This document shows, piece by piece, positions 11,920 through 21,568 of a stretch of DNA of 64,000 bases. Within the stretch, counting starts at the first letter, position 1. Each line of letters begins with the position of its first letter. The DNA is taken from contig JAFUOV010000009.1 in assembly GCA_017481745.1 (NCBI GenBank), positions 54,603 through 118,602 on the forward strand, given 5' to 3'. Origin of the DNA: Bacteroidaceae bacterium. GTDB lineage: Bacteria; Bacteroidota; Bacteroidia; Bacteroidales; Barnesiellaceae_A. The position numbers and the translations under genes were made by a program. The notes beneath the pieces were generated by a model, which saw nothing but the letters and a program-made list of their open reading frames with translations, made no database searches and was not told where the DNA came from.

Positions 11920-12486
11920 ATGGTAGATGTTGACAAAGATACAATTCCGATGTGGTATGCCTTGAGTGCTCCGTATCGTAAAGAATTGGAGGCTCAACGA
12001 CTGCTCGAAAAAAATGAGGTGCGCAACTATCTCCCTATGCATTATCGCATCTTTACCATGAAAAGTGGTAAAAAGGTGAGAAAGCTTGTGCCGGTGATCA
12101 GCAATCTGCTTTTTGCATATACCTCTAAAACTCATCTGCAAGAGATAAAACAAGGCGTTCCGTTTCTGCAATATCGCACACGTCCCGAGGGGGGCAGAAA
12201 TGTCCCTATTATCGTGCCGGACAACCAGATGCAGCAGTTTATGGCTGTATGCGAAACTCATAACGAGCGCTTGATATATCTGCAACCCGATGAAATAAAT
12301 CTTGCCAAAGGTACACGTGTGCGTGTTATAGGCGGTCCTTTCGATGGCGTAGAGGGCATATTTGTCAAGGTGAAAGGTGCGCGTAGCAAGCGTGTGGTTG
12401 TCCTTATCAATGGTATTACAGCTGTTGCAACTGCCGAGATAGAACCCGAGTATATCGAGGTTGTGAACGAAGATAGTGATATTTGA
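11920..12486 (+). CDS. upxY: UpxY-family NusG-like transcription antiterminator; first gene of the polysaccharide locus
   Basis: Typical UpxY N-terminus (...MWYALSAPYRKELEAQRLLEK...VPVISNLLFAY) and C-terminal KOW (GTRVRVIGGPFDGVEGIFVKVKG). The ORF is open from 11869. ATG 11920 or 11950 is the more likely start. Confidence 0.85.
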   Translation: MVDVDKDTIPMWYALSAPYRKELEAQRLLEKNEVRNYLPMHYRIFTMKSGKKVRKLVPVISNLLFAYTSKTHLQEIKQGVPFLQYRTRPEGGRNVPIIVPDNQMQQFMAVCETHNERLIYLQPDEINLAKGTRVRVIGGPFDGVEGIFVKVKGARSKRVVVLINGITAVATAEIEPEYIEVVNEDSDI

Positions 12487-12516
12487 AAGTGATTTAATTA
12501 TAAAGTTTTTGACATT

Positions 12517-13833
12517 ATGAAAATAGCCGTAGCAGGAACAGGTTATGTAGGCTTGTCGATAGCCACATTGCTTGCCCAACACAACGAAGTGGTTGCGGTG
12601 GATATCGTTCCCGAAAAGGTCGATTTGATAAACAATCGCAAGTCGCCCATTCAAGACGAATACATTGAAAAGTATCTGGCAGAAAAGGAGTTACACCTGT
12701 GCGCGACTTTAGATGCCCGTGCAGCTTATGCCGATGCCGACTTGGTTGTGATTGCTGCCCCCACCAATTACGATAGTCAGAAGAACTTTTTTGACACATC
12801 GGCGGTAGAGAAGGTGATAGACCTTGTCATTGAGGTCAATCCCGATGCTATAATGGTCATTAAGAGTACTATCCCCGTAGGATATTGTCGCTCGTTGTAT
12901 GCCAAGTATGCCTTGCGTTTCCTCGCCGAGCCGGCTCTTAAAGGTAAAAAATTCAACCTGCTCTTTTCACCCGAGTTTTTGCGTGAGAGCAAGGCGTTGT
13001 ACGACAACTTATATCCAAGCCGCATCATAGTGGGTGTGCCCAAGCTCATTGAGAATTTTCAAGAGGAAAATCGAGCCATCGAGGCTATTGCCGACATCGA
13101 GCGCCTTACTCAAGCGGCTCAAACCTTTGCGCGACTATTGTGCCAAGGTGCTTTGAAAGAAGACATTGATGTGCTCTTTATGGGCTTGAAAGAGGCAGAA
13201 GCTGTAAAGCTCTTTGCCAATACATATCTCGCGCTGCGTGTTAGTTATTTCAATGAGTTGGATACTTACGCCGAGATGAAAGGTCTTGATACACAGGCTA
13301 TCATTACCGGTATTGGGTTAGACCCTCGTATCGGCACACACTACAACAATCCCTCCTTTGGTTACGGTGGCTATTGCCTGCCCAAAGATACCAAGCAGTT
13401 GCTTGCCAACTACAACGACGTGCCACAAAATATGATGACTGCCATTGTCGAGAGCAACCGCACGCGCAAGGACTTCATTGCCGATCAGGTGTTGGCAAAA
13501 GCCGGCTACTACACCGCCTCGAGCGCGTGGAATGCTGCACGTGAGCAAGAGGTAACGATAGGTGTCTATCGCCTTACAATGAAGTCAAACTCCGACAACT
13601 TCCGCCAAAGTGCCATACAAGGTGTAATGAAACGCATCAAAGCAAAGGGCGCAAAGGTTATTGTTTACGAGCCTACACTCGAGGACGGAGCTCTGTTCTT
13701 TGGTAGTGAGGTGGTAAATGATTTAGCTACATTCAAGTCTCGCTCGCAAGCCATCATAGCCAACCGCTACGATGCTTGTCTTGATGATGTGTGCGAGAAA
13801 GTATATACACGCGATATTTTCAAACGCGATTAA
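12517..13833 (+). CDS. ugd: UDP-glucose 6-dehydrogenase
   Basis: 438 aa. [14 protein letters not shown] Rossmann motif, catalytic GGYCLPKD, and FSPEFLRE. Confidence 0.93.
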   Translation: MKIAVAGTGYVGLSIATLLAQHNEVVAVDIVPEKVDLINNRKSPIQDEYIEKYLAEKELHLCATLDARAAYADADLVVIAAPTNYDSQKNFFDTSAVEKVIDLVIEVNPDAIMVIKSTIPVGYCRSLYAKYALRFLAEPALKGKKFNLLFSPEFLRESKALYDNLYPSRIIVGVPKLIENFQEENRAIEAIADIERLTQAAQTFARLLCQGALKEDIDVLFMGLKEAEAVKLFANTYLALRVSYFNELDTYAEMKGLDTQAIITGIGLDPRIGTHYNNPSFGYGGYCLPKDTKQLLANYNDVPQNMMTAIVESNRTRKDFIADQVLAKAGYYTASSAWNAAREQEVTIGVYRLTMKSNSDNFRQSAIQGVMKRIKAKGAKVIVYEPTLEDGALFFGSEVVNDLATFKSRSQAIIANRYDACLDDVCEKVYTRDIFKRD

Positions 13834-13848
13834 TGCATAATTGACGTT

Positions 13849-15003
13849 ATGGCAGATAGTTACAAATACCATATCTTTTCGCCCTATCGTGTGTGCCCAT
13901 TGGGTGCGCACGTCGACCATCAACATGGATTGGTAACGGGCTTTGCATTTGACAAGGGTGTCGACTTCTGGTTCAACCCCACCGACGATGGTATGGTGCG
14001 CTTGCGCAGCCTCTCTTTCAGTGGTGCAGTAGAGTTCCCTATATCCGATACGGTGCGTATCAAGCAAGGACATTGGGGCGACTATGCACGTGGTGCCAAG
14101 TATGCGTTGTCAAAACGCTTCAAGTTGCATCGTGGTGTAGAGGGCGAAATAAAAGGCTCGTTGCCCGTTGGAGGCTTGTCGTCGAGTGCTGCCGTATTGG
14201 TTGCTTATGTAATGGCTTTTGCCAAGGCGAATGATATAGAACTCACCAAGATGGAGGTGATACGCATTGCCTCGGAGGCTGAGCGCGAATATATCGGACT
14301 GAACAACGGTATCCTCGACCAATCGTGCATCGTGTTGAGTGAGAAAGATTCGTTGTTATTTCTCGATACAGCTACGCAAGAATACCGGGTTATCGAGAAA
14401 AATCGGAATATGCCCGATTTCCACCTCGGAATATTTTTCTCGGGCTTGACACGTTCACTCGTTTCGAGCGACTATAACTTGCGCGTGAGCGAGTGCAAAA
14501 CCGCTGCGTGGAACATGTTGGCGTTCAACAATCAACCGCTCAAAACATTAGATAAGACCTTCTTGCGCGATATACCCAAAGAGCTATATGAGCAGACACG
14601 CGACCGTATGCCGGCTCGTTTTGCTCGTCGTGCCGAGCACTTCTATTCCGAGTATAAGCGTGTACGTAAGGGCGTTACGGCTTGGGAGACTGGTAACTTG
14701 AAACTGTTTGGTGAGCTTAGTTGCCAGAGTTGCGACAGCTCGATACACAACTATGAGTGTGGCTCGCCCGAGTTGATAGCTATTTACGACATTATGCGCA
14801 ACCTCGATGGTGTGTGGGGTGGTCGCTTCAGTGGTGCCGGTTTCAAGGGTGCTTGTATCGCTCTTGTCGACCCTGCCAAAGAGGATGCCATCAGAGAAAA
14901 ACTTACAGCCGAGTATCTGCGACAATTCCCCGAGTACGAAACAACATTTGAGGTGCACTTCTGCATGACCGACGATGGCGCACGATTTATAACAGAAAAT
15001 TGA
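13849..15003 (+). CDS. GHMP-family sugar-1-kinase, galacturonokinase (GalAK)-like
   Basis: 384 aa. GHMP motif II is present (GSLPVGGLSSSAAVLVAYVMAF). The N-terminal SPYRVCPLGAHVDHQHG and central NGILDQS match my memory of plant GalA-1-kinase. They do not match the GalK motif (GRVNLIGEHTDY). Confidence 0.75.
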   Translation: MADSYKYHIFSPYRVCPLGAHVDHQHGLVTGFAFDKGVDFWFNPTDDGMVRLRSLSFSGAVEFPISDTVRIKQGHWGDYARGAKYALSKRFKLHRGVEGEIKGSLPVGGLSSSAAVLVAYVMAFAKANDIELTKMEVIRIASEAEREYIGLNNGILDQSCIVLSEKDSLLFLDTATQEYRVIEKNRNMPDFHLGIFFSGLTRSLVSSDYNLRVSECKTAAWNMLAFNNQPLKTLDKTFLRDIPKELYEQTRDRMPARFARRAEHFYSEYKRVRKGVTAWETGNLKLFGELSCQSCDSSIHNYECGSPELIAIYDIMRNLDGVWGGRFSGAGFKGACIALVDPAKEDAIREKLTAEYLRQFPEYETTFEVHFCMTDDGARFITEN

Positions 15004-15007
15004 TAGT

Positions 15008-15745
15008 ATGATTAATATAGTAATAGCTGCCGGCTATGCAACACGTTTGGGCGAGTTGACTCGCAATTTTCCCAAACCTTTGCTCAAAATAGGAGACAAT
15101 ACCATACTCGGGCGCATGCTCGATGATATTGATACAATCCCCGAAATTACCGAGCATATCATTATTACCAACCACAAGTTTGCCCCCATTTTCCGAGAGT
15201 GGGTCGAGGGGTTACATTATACCAAGCCCATCACAATCGTCGATGATGGCACTTCGACCAACGAAACTCGATTGGGAGCTGTGTGCGACCTGTTGTATGC
15301 CATCAAAGAGCGTAACATCAACGACGACTTGTTGGTCGTCGCTGCCGATAATATCCTGTTTTTCAGCTTTAAAGAGTTTGTCGATTTTGCCCTTTCAAAA
15401 CAGACAAGCTGCATTATGTGCCACGAACAACCTTCAATCGAGAAACTGCAACGCACCGGTGTGATTGTCGTTGACGATAATTGGAAGGTGCTCAACATGG
15501 AAGAGAAACCCATCCAGCCCAAGAGCCATTGGGCTGTGCCTCCCTTCTACATCTATCTGAAAAAGGATATTGACTTGGTGCTTACTTCTATTGACAACGG
15601 TTGTGGCAAAGATGCGCCCGGCAATTTGGCACATTATATGGTCGAAAAAACCGATATGCACGCATGGAAAATGAGTGCCGGTCGTTTTGACATCGGTTCG
15701 CTTGATACATATCACGAGGCTTGCCAACGGTTTGGCTCAAAATAA
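15008..15745 (+). CDS. Sugar-1-phosphate nucleotidyltransferase
   Basis: 245 aa. The N-terminal AAGYATRLG...PKPLL signature (GxGxRL) marks the NTP_transferase fold. There is a 4-nt gap after the kinase. Confidence 0.85.
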   Translation: MINIVIAAGYATRLGELTRNFPKPLLKIGDNTILGRMLDDIDTIPEITEHIIITNHKFAPIFREWVEGLHYTKPITIVDDGTSTNETRLGAVCDLLYAIKERNINDDLLVVAADNILFFSFKEFVDFALSKQTSCIMCHEQPSIEKLQRTGVIVVDDNWKVLNMEEKPIQPKSHWAVPPFYIYLKKDIDLVLTSIDNGCGKDAPGNLAHYMVEKTDMHAWKMSAGRFDIGSLDTYHEACQRFGSK

Positions 15746-15771
15746 TTTGTAAGATAATTAAGAAATATATA

Positions 15772-16830
15772 ATGAAAGTTCTTGTAACAGGTGCTGCCGG
15801 CTTTATCGGCTCAAATCTTGTGGAACGATTGCTCAACACCGAGCCGGGTGTTGAAATTGTCAACCTCGATAGCGTTAACGACTACTACGACGTGAGTATC
15901 AAAGAATATCGCCTACGTCGTCTTGAAGATATTGCCGCACAGCATCCCGAATGCAAATATACATTTGTCAAAGGCAATCTTGCCGATCGTGCTCTCATCG
16001 ACCAACTCTTTGCCGAGCATGATTTTGAGATTGTTGTAAACCTTGCTGCACAAGCCGGTGTAAGATACTCTATCACCAATCCCGATGCGTATATCGAGAG
16101 CAACCTCATCGGTTTCTACAACATATTGGAGGCTTGTCGCCACAGCTACGACAATGGTCGTCGTGGTGTGCAACACCTTGTGTACGCCTCGTCGAGCTCG
16201 GTATATGGTAGCAACAAGAAAGTACCTTATAGTACCGACGACAAGGTCGATAACCCCGTCAGCCTATACGCTGCTACCAAAAAGAGCAATGAATTGTTGG
16301 CTCACTCATATAGTAAGTTGTATAACATACCCTCTACCGGGTTGCGCTTCTTTACCGTATATGGTCCTGCCGGACGTCCCGATATGGCATACTTCGGCTT
16401 CACCAACAAGTTGCGCAAGGGCGAGACTATCGAGATATTCAACTATGGCAACTGCAAGCGCGACTTTACCTTTGTCGATGATATCGTCGAAGGTGTTCAA
16501 CGTGTGATGCACCATGCTCCGCAAAAGCGCACCGGCGAAGATGGCTTGCCCGAGCCTCCCTATGCTGTATATAATATAGGTAATAGCAGCCCCGAAAATC
16601 TGTTGGACTTTGTCGATACATTGCAACAAGAACTTATCAGAGCGGGAGTCCTTCCTGCCGATTATGATTTTGAGGCGCACAAACGCCTTGTTCCCATGCA
16701 GCCGGGCGACGTTCCCGTAACGTATGCCGATACCACTGCATTGGAGCGCGACCTCGGCTTCCGTCCCTGCACACCGCTTCGCACCGGCTTGCGTGCATTT
16801 GCCGAGTGGTACAAAGAGTTCTACGGATAA
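15772..16830 (+). CDS. UDP-glucuronate 4-epimerase (CapI/LpsL-like SDR)
   Basis: MKVLVTGAAGFIGSNL, DYYDVSIKEYRL, SSSSVYG, YAATK, and a length of ~352 aa. I placed the start at ATG 15772 rather than the TTG at 15721. Confidence 0.85.
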   Translation: MKVLVTGAAGFIGSNLVERLLNTEPGVEIVNLDSVNDYYDVSIKEYRLRRLEDIAAQHPECKYTFVKGNLADRALIDQLFAEHDFEIVVNLAAQAGVRYSITNPDAYIESNLIGFYNILEACRHSYDNGRRGVQHLVYASSSSVYGSNKKVPYSTDDKVDNPVSLYAATKKSNELLAHSYSKLYNIPSTGLRFFTVYGPAGRPDMAYFGFTNKLRKGETIEIFNYGNCKRDFTFVDDIVEGVQRVMHHAPQKRTGEDGLPEPPYAVYNIGNSSPENLLDFVDTLQQELIRAGVLPADYDFEAHKRLVPMQPGDVPVTYADTTALERDLGFRPCTPLRTGLRAFAEWYKEFYG

Positions 16831-16853
16831 ACGGCGAATAAAACATTTGCTAC

Positions 16854-18101
16854 ATGAAGATATTGTGGTTGTCCAATTGCATACTCACCCACGAGCATAC
16901 CAGCTCGACCGGTTCGTGGCTACAAGCCATGTCGGCTGCAATATCCGAATGTCCCGATATAGAGTTGTATAACATCACTTTTGGCGCAAAAGGCAAGGTT
17001 GAACAACGCGATTGTGGCAAGATACGTCAATGGCTTGTGCCCAAAGGTCGCCTTGTCAATGGTGTTATCCCTCAAGATATTGCAACGACTATATGTGGCT
17101 TGATAGAGCACGTAAACCCCGATTTGGTACATATATGGGGTGTCGAGCATTATTGGGCGTTATTGTCGGCAAGAGGCTATATCAAGCAAAGAGTGCTCTT
17201 GGAAATTCAAGGTCTTAACTATACTTGTGCCGAGGCTTATTATGGTGGAATGACCCGACCGGATATAAAGTCGTGTGTCAGATTGCGTGATTATATATTG
17301 CCTCGTCGTCGCATCGAGAACATACAACGCTCACACGAAAAATGGGGCGAGTATGAAAAAGAGATGTTGGCAGCACACCGTTATATTTCAACACAATCGC
17401 AATGGGTGCGAGCTTCTATTGCGCCATATTGCAACAAGCAAGCACAGATATACCATACACGCATGGCGGTGCGCGAGGAGTTTATGAATACCGCTCCTTG
17501 GGGCATACCGCAAGAAGATGCCCCCATACAGCTCCTCAGCCTCTCTTCAAGTGCACTGCCATACAAGGGTGTGCACGTTGCTATCAAGGCTTTGGCAATT
17601 CTCAAACAATACTATCCAAACATTTGCCTCAAAATAGCCGGCAATTATCAGAACAATCGCAAAGCTATTAATAAGCATGGCTATGTGCGTTTCTTGGAAA
17701 AACTGATACAACGCCTCGGGCTCGAAAAGAATGTCGAGTTTGTAGGCGCTTTGAATGCAGAGGAGTTAATTGCCTTGATGAAGCAAACCCATGTTATGAT
17801 ACACTCGTCGTTTGTCGAGTCTTATTCTCTTGTTTTGGCAGAGGCTATGGCAGTAGGTGTGCCGAGTGTGGTTTCTTATGCCGGTGCAATGCCCGAGCTG
17901 ACCGAGTATGGAAAGGCGGCTTTGCTTTATACTCCTACCGACTACCGCATGTGTGCACATCAGGTTCGGCAATTACTTGAGGACAGAAATCTGGCAAGCT
18001 CCATTTCCGAGGCTGCTCGCTGTGTAGCTATGGAGCGTAACAATATAAATTCGGTTGTCGAAAGACAACTTGAGATATACAACCAAGTACTTATTAGTTG
18101 A
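16854..18101 (+). CDS. Glycosyltransferase family 4
   Basis: 415 aa. C-terminal GT-B motif SFVESYSLVLAEAMAVGVPSVVS (EX7E). Confidence 0.85.
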   Translation: MKILWLSNCILTHEHTSSTGSWLQAMSAAISECPDIELYNITFGAKGKVEQRDCGKIRQWLVPKGRLVNGVIPQDIATTICGLIEHVNPDLVHIWGVEHYWALLSARGYIKQRVLLEIQGLNYTCAEAYYGGMTRPDIKSCVRLRDYILPRRRIENIQRSHEKWGEYEKEMLAAHRYISTQSQWVRASIAPYCNKQAQIYHTRMAVREEFMNTAPWGIPQEDAPIQLLSLSSSALPYKGVHVAIKALAILKQYYPNICLKIAGNYQNNRKAINKHGYVRFLEKLIQRLGLEKNVEFVGALNAEELIALMKQTHVMIHSSFVESYSLVLAEAMAVGVPSVVSYAGAMPELTEYGKAALLYTPTDYRMCAHQVRQLLEDRNLASSISEAARCVAMERNNINSVVERQLEIYNQVLIS

Positions 18102-18104
18102 TAT

Positions 18105-19091
18105 ATGCGCACGATAGGTTTGGTCGTTAGTCATAAGTCGGGTGAAAAAAGAAGAGCAGTATTGCCCGATGATATAAAGAGGAACGTAAAACATCCCGGT
18201 CAACTCTATTTTGAAAAAGGGTATGGCGAGGCTATTGGTATTTCTGACGATTGTTATACAGCCTTGGGATGCCACATCGTGTCGCGCGATGAGGCTTTGT
18301 CGTGCGACGTTATTGTCGACGTGAAATTGGGCGATGCCGATTATTTGGAGCAGCTAACACCCGGAAAGATATTGTTTGGTTGGGCTCATGCAGTACAAAA
18401 TGTCGATTTTACAAGCAAGATGCTACATGCCAACCACACCGTTATAGCGTGGGAAAACATCTTTGAACAAGGACGATACATTTTCTACCGCAACAGAGAG
18501 GTTGCCGGCGAGGCTGCCATCATGCATGCCTATCGTTATTGTGGAAAGATGCCCTACGACACCAAAGTGGCTATATTGGGTAATGGTCAGACTGCCAAGG
18601 GTGCACTGCGCATATTGCATGGTTTGGGTGCCGAGGTCGATGTATATAACCGTCGTTTGGAGAAGTTGTTCCGTGAGAGAATGTATGAGTATGATGTGTT
18701 GGTAAATTGCATCTTATGGGATACCACACGTCAAGACCGCATCATCTATCGTGAGGACTTGTCAAAGATGAAACCCGGAACACTCATTATCGACATCAGT
18801 TGCGACCCTTATCTCGAGATAGAAACTTCGCATCCTACAACAATAGACGACCCGGTGTATGTGGTGGATGGTGTGATACATTATGCCGTTGATAACACAC
18901 CGGCAATGTACCCAATCACCGTTTCAAGAGTATTGAGCGAGGGCATTTCGCGTTATCTCGACATCGTTGCCGGCGAAGATTTGAAAAACTATCCTCCATC
19001 GCTGGGTAATGCTGTAGCAATCGAGGCAGGACATATTTGCGACGAACAGATACGTATTTTCAGAGAGAATAGAAACCTCTTCTGTAAGTAG
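18105..19091 (+). CDS. AlaDH/PNT-fold NAD(P)-dependent dehydrogenase; N5-(carboxyethyl)ornithine synthase-like (opine-type synthase)
   Basis: 328 aa. N-terminal GEKRRAVLPDD, dinucleotide fold VAILGNGQTAKGALRILHGLGAEVDVYNRR, and GTLIIDISCD. The size and layout recall CEOS/saccharopine-dehydrogenase-like enzymes. Confidence 0.6.
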   Translation: MRTIGLVVSHKSGEKRRAVLPDDIKRNVKHPGQLYFEKGYGEAIGISDDCYTALGCHIVSRDEALSCDVIVDVKLGDADYLEQLTPGKILFGWAHAVQNVDFTSKMLHANHTVIAWENIFEQGRYIFYRNREVAGEAAIMHAYRYCGKMPYDTKVAILGNGQTAKGALRILHGLGAEVDVYNRRLEKLFRERMYEYDVLVNCILWDTTRQDRIIYREDLSKMKPGTLIIDISCDPYLEIETSHPTTIDDPVYVVDGVIHYAVDNTPAMYPITVSRVLSEGISRYLDIVAGEDLKNYPPSLGNAVAIEAGHICDEQIRIFRENRNLFCK

Positions 19092-19124
19092 GCTGCTTTG
19101 TAAAAAGGAAGAAGGTAGGTCGAT

Positions 19125-20291
19125 ATGAAAAAGTTGAGCAAGAAAATCAAACTCTTTATTTCGCATTTTCGCAGCATCTTCTCGTTGTATTCGACACTGC
19201 CTATCAGAAAACGTTTCGCAATTCTATCTGACTACCGCAAGTTATATAAAAACAAAGGACTGAATGTCGATGAGTATTACGAGTATGGCTTTGAAACACA
19301 AAGCAATCATTTCAAGAAAACATTCTTGGGCGTAAACGAGCAACGTTTTTATCTCGACTTTCTCAATCCTATTAAATATTACATCTTATCACGCAATAAA
19401 TATTTTACCCACAAAATATTAGAAAACACAGGTATACGCAAGACAACGTTGTATTGCTACTACCGACCCGAGGGTGTGGTAGAGCACAGCAACGAGGTGG
19501 CAACAAACATCGCCGATGTAGTGCGTATCTTGCAACAACGCAATGTTGCCTCTTGTGTCATCAAAGACACCGAAAACTCGCATGGCGAAGGGGTGGTGGT
19601 TGTTAAACAAATAACCTACTTCGATAACGATTGTTTGCTACATCTCTACAATGGCGAGAGGGCGCATCTGTCGAGTATGCTGGGCAAGCATCCGCTTATA
19701 TTTGAGAGCCTTATAAAGCAAACACAGCAGTTGGAGGCTTTTAATAAATCGTCGGTCAACACCATACGGTTTATGACAACGCTCTATCCCGATGGTGAGG
19801 CTCGTTTGGTGGCAACTTTCATAAAGATTGGTCGCAAAGGCAGTTGTGTTGACAATGCCGGTAGTGGCGGAAATGTAGATGCTTGTATTGACACAGAGAG
19901 TGGTGCATTGAAGTATGTGATTAGATACGACGGCATGCGCGATGTTACCGATATCACTCGCCATCCCGATACCGACGTACAGCTATCGGGTGTCGTGATT
20001 GAGAATTGGGACAAGATAAAGGCTCAAGTACTTCAATATCAAAAGGCTTACCCCTATGCCAAGGCTGCCGGTTGGGACATCGCCATAACCGACGAGGGGG
20101 CTGTGGTGATTGAAGTAAACGATATGTGGGACCGCACAGGACAGCTTTTTATACGCACCGGATGGCGCAACGAAATAAGAGATTGCTACAATGCTTGGCA
20201 ACAGACCGGCGCAAAATATATCCTCTACCGTCAGCAGAACGAATTGACATTAAAGCATCTGTTGAAAATATCGAAACAAGAGTGCGATTGA
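19125..20291 (+). CDS. ATP-grasp protein, sugar-transfer-associated type (ATPgrasp_ST-like)
   Basis: 388 aa. SVNTIRFMT, GSCVDNAGSGGNVDACID and GWDIAITDEGAVVIEVND. It is a paralog of 41483-42559. Confidence 0.7.
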   Translation: MKKLSKKIKLFISHFRSIFSLYSTLPIRKRFAILSDYRKLYKNKGLNVDEYYEYGFETQSNHFKKTFLGVNEQRFYLDFLNPIKYYILSRNKYFTHKILENTGIRKTTLYCYYRPEGVVEHSNEVATNIADVVRILQQRNVASCVIKDTENSHGEGVVVVKQITYFDNDCLLHLYNGERAHLSSMLGKHPLIFESLIKQTQQLEAFNKSSVNTIRFMTTLYPDGEARLVATFIKIGRKGSCVDNAGSGGNVDACIDTESGALKYVIRYDGMRDVTDITRHPDTDVQLSGVVIENWDKIKAQVLQYQKAYPYAKAAGWDIAITDEGAVVIEVNDMWDRTGQLFIRTGWRNEIRDCYNAWQQTGAKYILYRQQNELTLKHLLKISKQECD

Positions 20292-20404
20292 GATGCTAAT
20301 ATATTCTGCACTGCCCGGTGAAATGAGGATTATGCAAGCCCCACAGAGCGAAGGCGTTCATAAATTAATTATGAAAAGTTTGTAATTAATTATTCAGGAC
20401 AATA

Positions 20405-21547
20405 ATGGAGGTTAAAATATTCTTTGCCGGCGACTTTTGTTCAAAGCCTTCGACCCGTAATATCTCGGTTGATGACAGCCTGAAGAATATAATTACGGAT
20501 AGCGATATAAGTGTTGTCAATTTTGAAGTACCTCTCAAGCCTCATTGTTCCAATCTGCCCGAGGTAGAATATGAGCGTTTCTTTCAGAACGATGATACTA
20601 TCGAGTTCTTGCGCAACTTGGGTTTCAATCTCTTTTCTATTGCCAACAATCACATTTTCGATTGGGGCGTAGAGGGCTACAAACACACAGCCGATGCACT
20701 GGGCGATGCTGCCTTTGGTGCAGGACAATATGATGAGGCTTATAGCGTAAAAGTCGTCGAGTGCAATGGCATCCGCATAGGGTTTTTGGCTCTCTGTTAT
20801 GCTGCTCGTCATGGCGTATTTAACGATGTAGCCGACCATAGCGGTTATGGTTGTGCTTATCTGAACGATCTGAAGGTAAACCACATAATACATGCCGAGA
20901 AGAAAAACGTCGATTATCTCTTTGTTTTGCCTCATGCCGGTCTTGAGTATAAAGATGCTCCCATACCCGAGTTGGTGGCACGATACAGAGACTTTATAGA
21001 TTGGGGTTGCGATGGCGTTATTGCTTCACATCCGCATTGTCCGCAAGGGTGGGAGGTATACAACGAGAAACCTATCTTCTACAGCTTGGGTAACCTTTTC
21101 TTCAATAGCAAAGATACGGTCGACTATGTTGCCGACAAGCCGCATTGGTATGAAGGAATGTGCGTGCAGTTGGTTCTATGCGATAAGAAGATAAAATTTG
21201 AAGTAATCAATACGCTGAATATTCGCAACCGACAACTTGTTGTCGACACATCGCTCGAGCGCGACAATCATAACAACTATCTCTGCCGGTTGCTGTATGA
21301 TGCCGACCTCTATAAACAATATCTACAATCGTTGCTGGTCGATGCCGAGGACGAATATCTGCCTCTCTTATATCGTGCCTTCGTGCCCACGACAGGTAAG
21401 AAAATATTGAAGAATGCTATCCGCATGGCTCGCATGGCGCACAAAGGAAGGTTGTTGTCGCTACGCCTTCCGGCTCGTCCCATCATCATCGACGATGCCA
21501 AAAATGCCATGTTGGTGCGGTTGTTCAACACGAAGTATAATAAATAA
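20405..21547 (+). CDS. CapA/PgsA-family (PGA_cap, metallophosphatase-fold) protein
   Basis: 380 aa. FFAGDF, ISVVNFEVPL, FSIANNHIFDWG, VLPHAGLEY, GVIASHPHCPQG and YSLGNLFFN match the poly-gamma-glutamate capsule CapA family pattern. Confidence 0.8.
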   Translation: MEVKIFFAGDFCSKPSTRNISVDDSLKNIITDSDISVVNFEVPLKPHCSNLPEVEYERFFQNDDTIEFLRNLGFNLFSIANNHIFDWGVEGYKHTADALGDAAFGAGQYDEAYSVKVVECNGIRIGFLALCYAARHGVFNDVADHSGYGCAYLNDLKVNHIIHAEKKNVDYLFVLPHAGLEYKDAPIPELVARYRDFIDWGCDGVIASHPHCPQGWEVYNEKPIFYSLGNLFFNSKDTVDYVADKPHWYEGMCVQLVLCDKKIKFEVINTLNIRNRQLVVDTSLERDNHNNYLCRLLYDADLYKQYLQSLLVDAEDEYLPLLYRAFVPTTGKKILKNAIRMARMAHKGRLLSLRLPARPIIIDDAKNAMLVRLFNTKYNK

Positions 21548-21568
21548 CAGCACTGCCTATTATCTGTT

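Noticed and set aside
11842-12654. 270-aa minus-strand ORF spanning upxY and the start of ugd
   Set aside because: It is antisense to two well-supported genes and crosses their intergenic spacer. It has no motifs.
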